A model generated the notes under the pieces. It had not been told where the DNA came from. It was given only the letters and a program-made list of their open reading frames with translations, and ran no database searches. The translations under genes were made by a program, and so were the position numbers. A stretch of DNA of 64,000 nt, from positions 1,360,154 through 1,424,153 of the forward strand of contig JBMNHO010000002.1 of assembly GCA_050950425.1 (NCBI GenBank), in the 5' to 3' direction. This document shows, in pieces, positions 63,617 through 64,000 of this stretch. Source of the stretch: Oscillospiraceae bacterium (GTDB lineage Bacteria > Bacillota > Clostridia > Oscillospirales > Oscillospiraceae). Position 1 is the stretch's first letter. Every line of letters starts with the position of its first letter.

Positions 63617-63910
63617 CTATCTAAAGAATTTGATACGGCTTATAATCGAAATGTGATGCTCAGCATCCAAGATTGCCCCTAAGAGGCTATATGACCAGCC
63701 TATTGCTAATAAAAAACCCATTAGGCCTTGTGCGTAAAAAACAAAAGGCAGTGGTATGTATCCGATTATGATAATCAATAGTGCTGCCAAGTATATAGCT
63801 GCACATTGATTTATATAAAACGTACAATTATCCCAATTACAGGAGAATAGGGCAACTGCTAATCCCGGCAAGGCGCAATGGGCTGATATATTAATTGCTC
63901 TCTCGCTCAT
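63617..63910 (-). CDS. small membrane protein, function unknown
   Basis: 97 aa with about 3 hydrophobic helices; co-directional with the lipid cluster. Confidence 0.4.
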   Translation of the reverse strand: MSERAINISAHCALPGLAVALFSCNWDNCTFYINQCAAIYLAALLIIIIGYIPLPFVFYAQGLMGFLLAIGWSYSLLGAILDAEHHISIISRIKFFR

Positions 63911-64000
63911 TGAACATTCTCCTTTTTACCCACCCATGCGCCCAAACGTAAGGTTATCAATTTGCACCTATTATGTCTTCATAGACAATTGCTTCTCTTG

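Overview
This 64-kb window comes from a high-GC (by eye about 60%) Clostridia-type Firmicutes chromosome. I recognised no rRNA, tRNA or CRISPR array.

- **1-37.4 kb, housekeeping block, mostly + strand.** It holds an S41 peptidase, greA, lysS, a TrmH-family methyltransferase (MTase), dprA, topA, trmFO, plsX, acpP, rnc, smc, ftsY, rdgB and yhbY. It continues with a nadD-yqeK fusion, an LCP protein, rsfS, leuS, rpsU, a yqeG-like phosphatase, a Xaa-Pro peptidase, nifS-nifU-rrf2 and serA-serC (- strand). The block ends with a trimeric NuoE/NuoF/HydA-type [FeFe]-hydrogenase operon, preceded by about 850 nt free of convincing ORFs, and a DMT transporter.
- **37.5-44.2 kb, accessory block, still high-GC.** It encodes uncharacterised membrane and zinc-ribbon proteins, several of them translationally coupled.
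- **44.3-44.7 kb, insertion scar.** A flavin-oxidoreductase N-terminal fragment sits next to a tyrosine-integrase fragment, and the composition drops sharply here.
- **44.7-49.85 kb (- strand), top candidate.** A compact promoter-to-terminator cassette encodes an HTH protein, a Dam-family MTase, a calcineurin-like metallophosphoesterase, a P-loop ATPase and an unknown 313-aa protein. It lies directly downstream of three tandem large serine recombinases (49.9-54.8 kb) and their accessory genes, which include a frameshifted sigma-like gene. This is my best candidate for an undescribed methylation-linked defence system.
- **56.8-64 kb, low-GC island.** It carries XRE and KTR genes plus a lipid-related cluster: two DegV proteins, hemolysin-III, an HxxxD acyltransferase, a FabK-like oxidoreductase and a CDP-alcohol phosphatidyltransferase.

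All functional calls rest on motifs read from the translated ORFs. No database search was possible.
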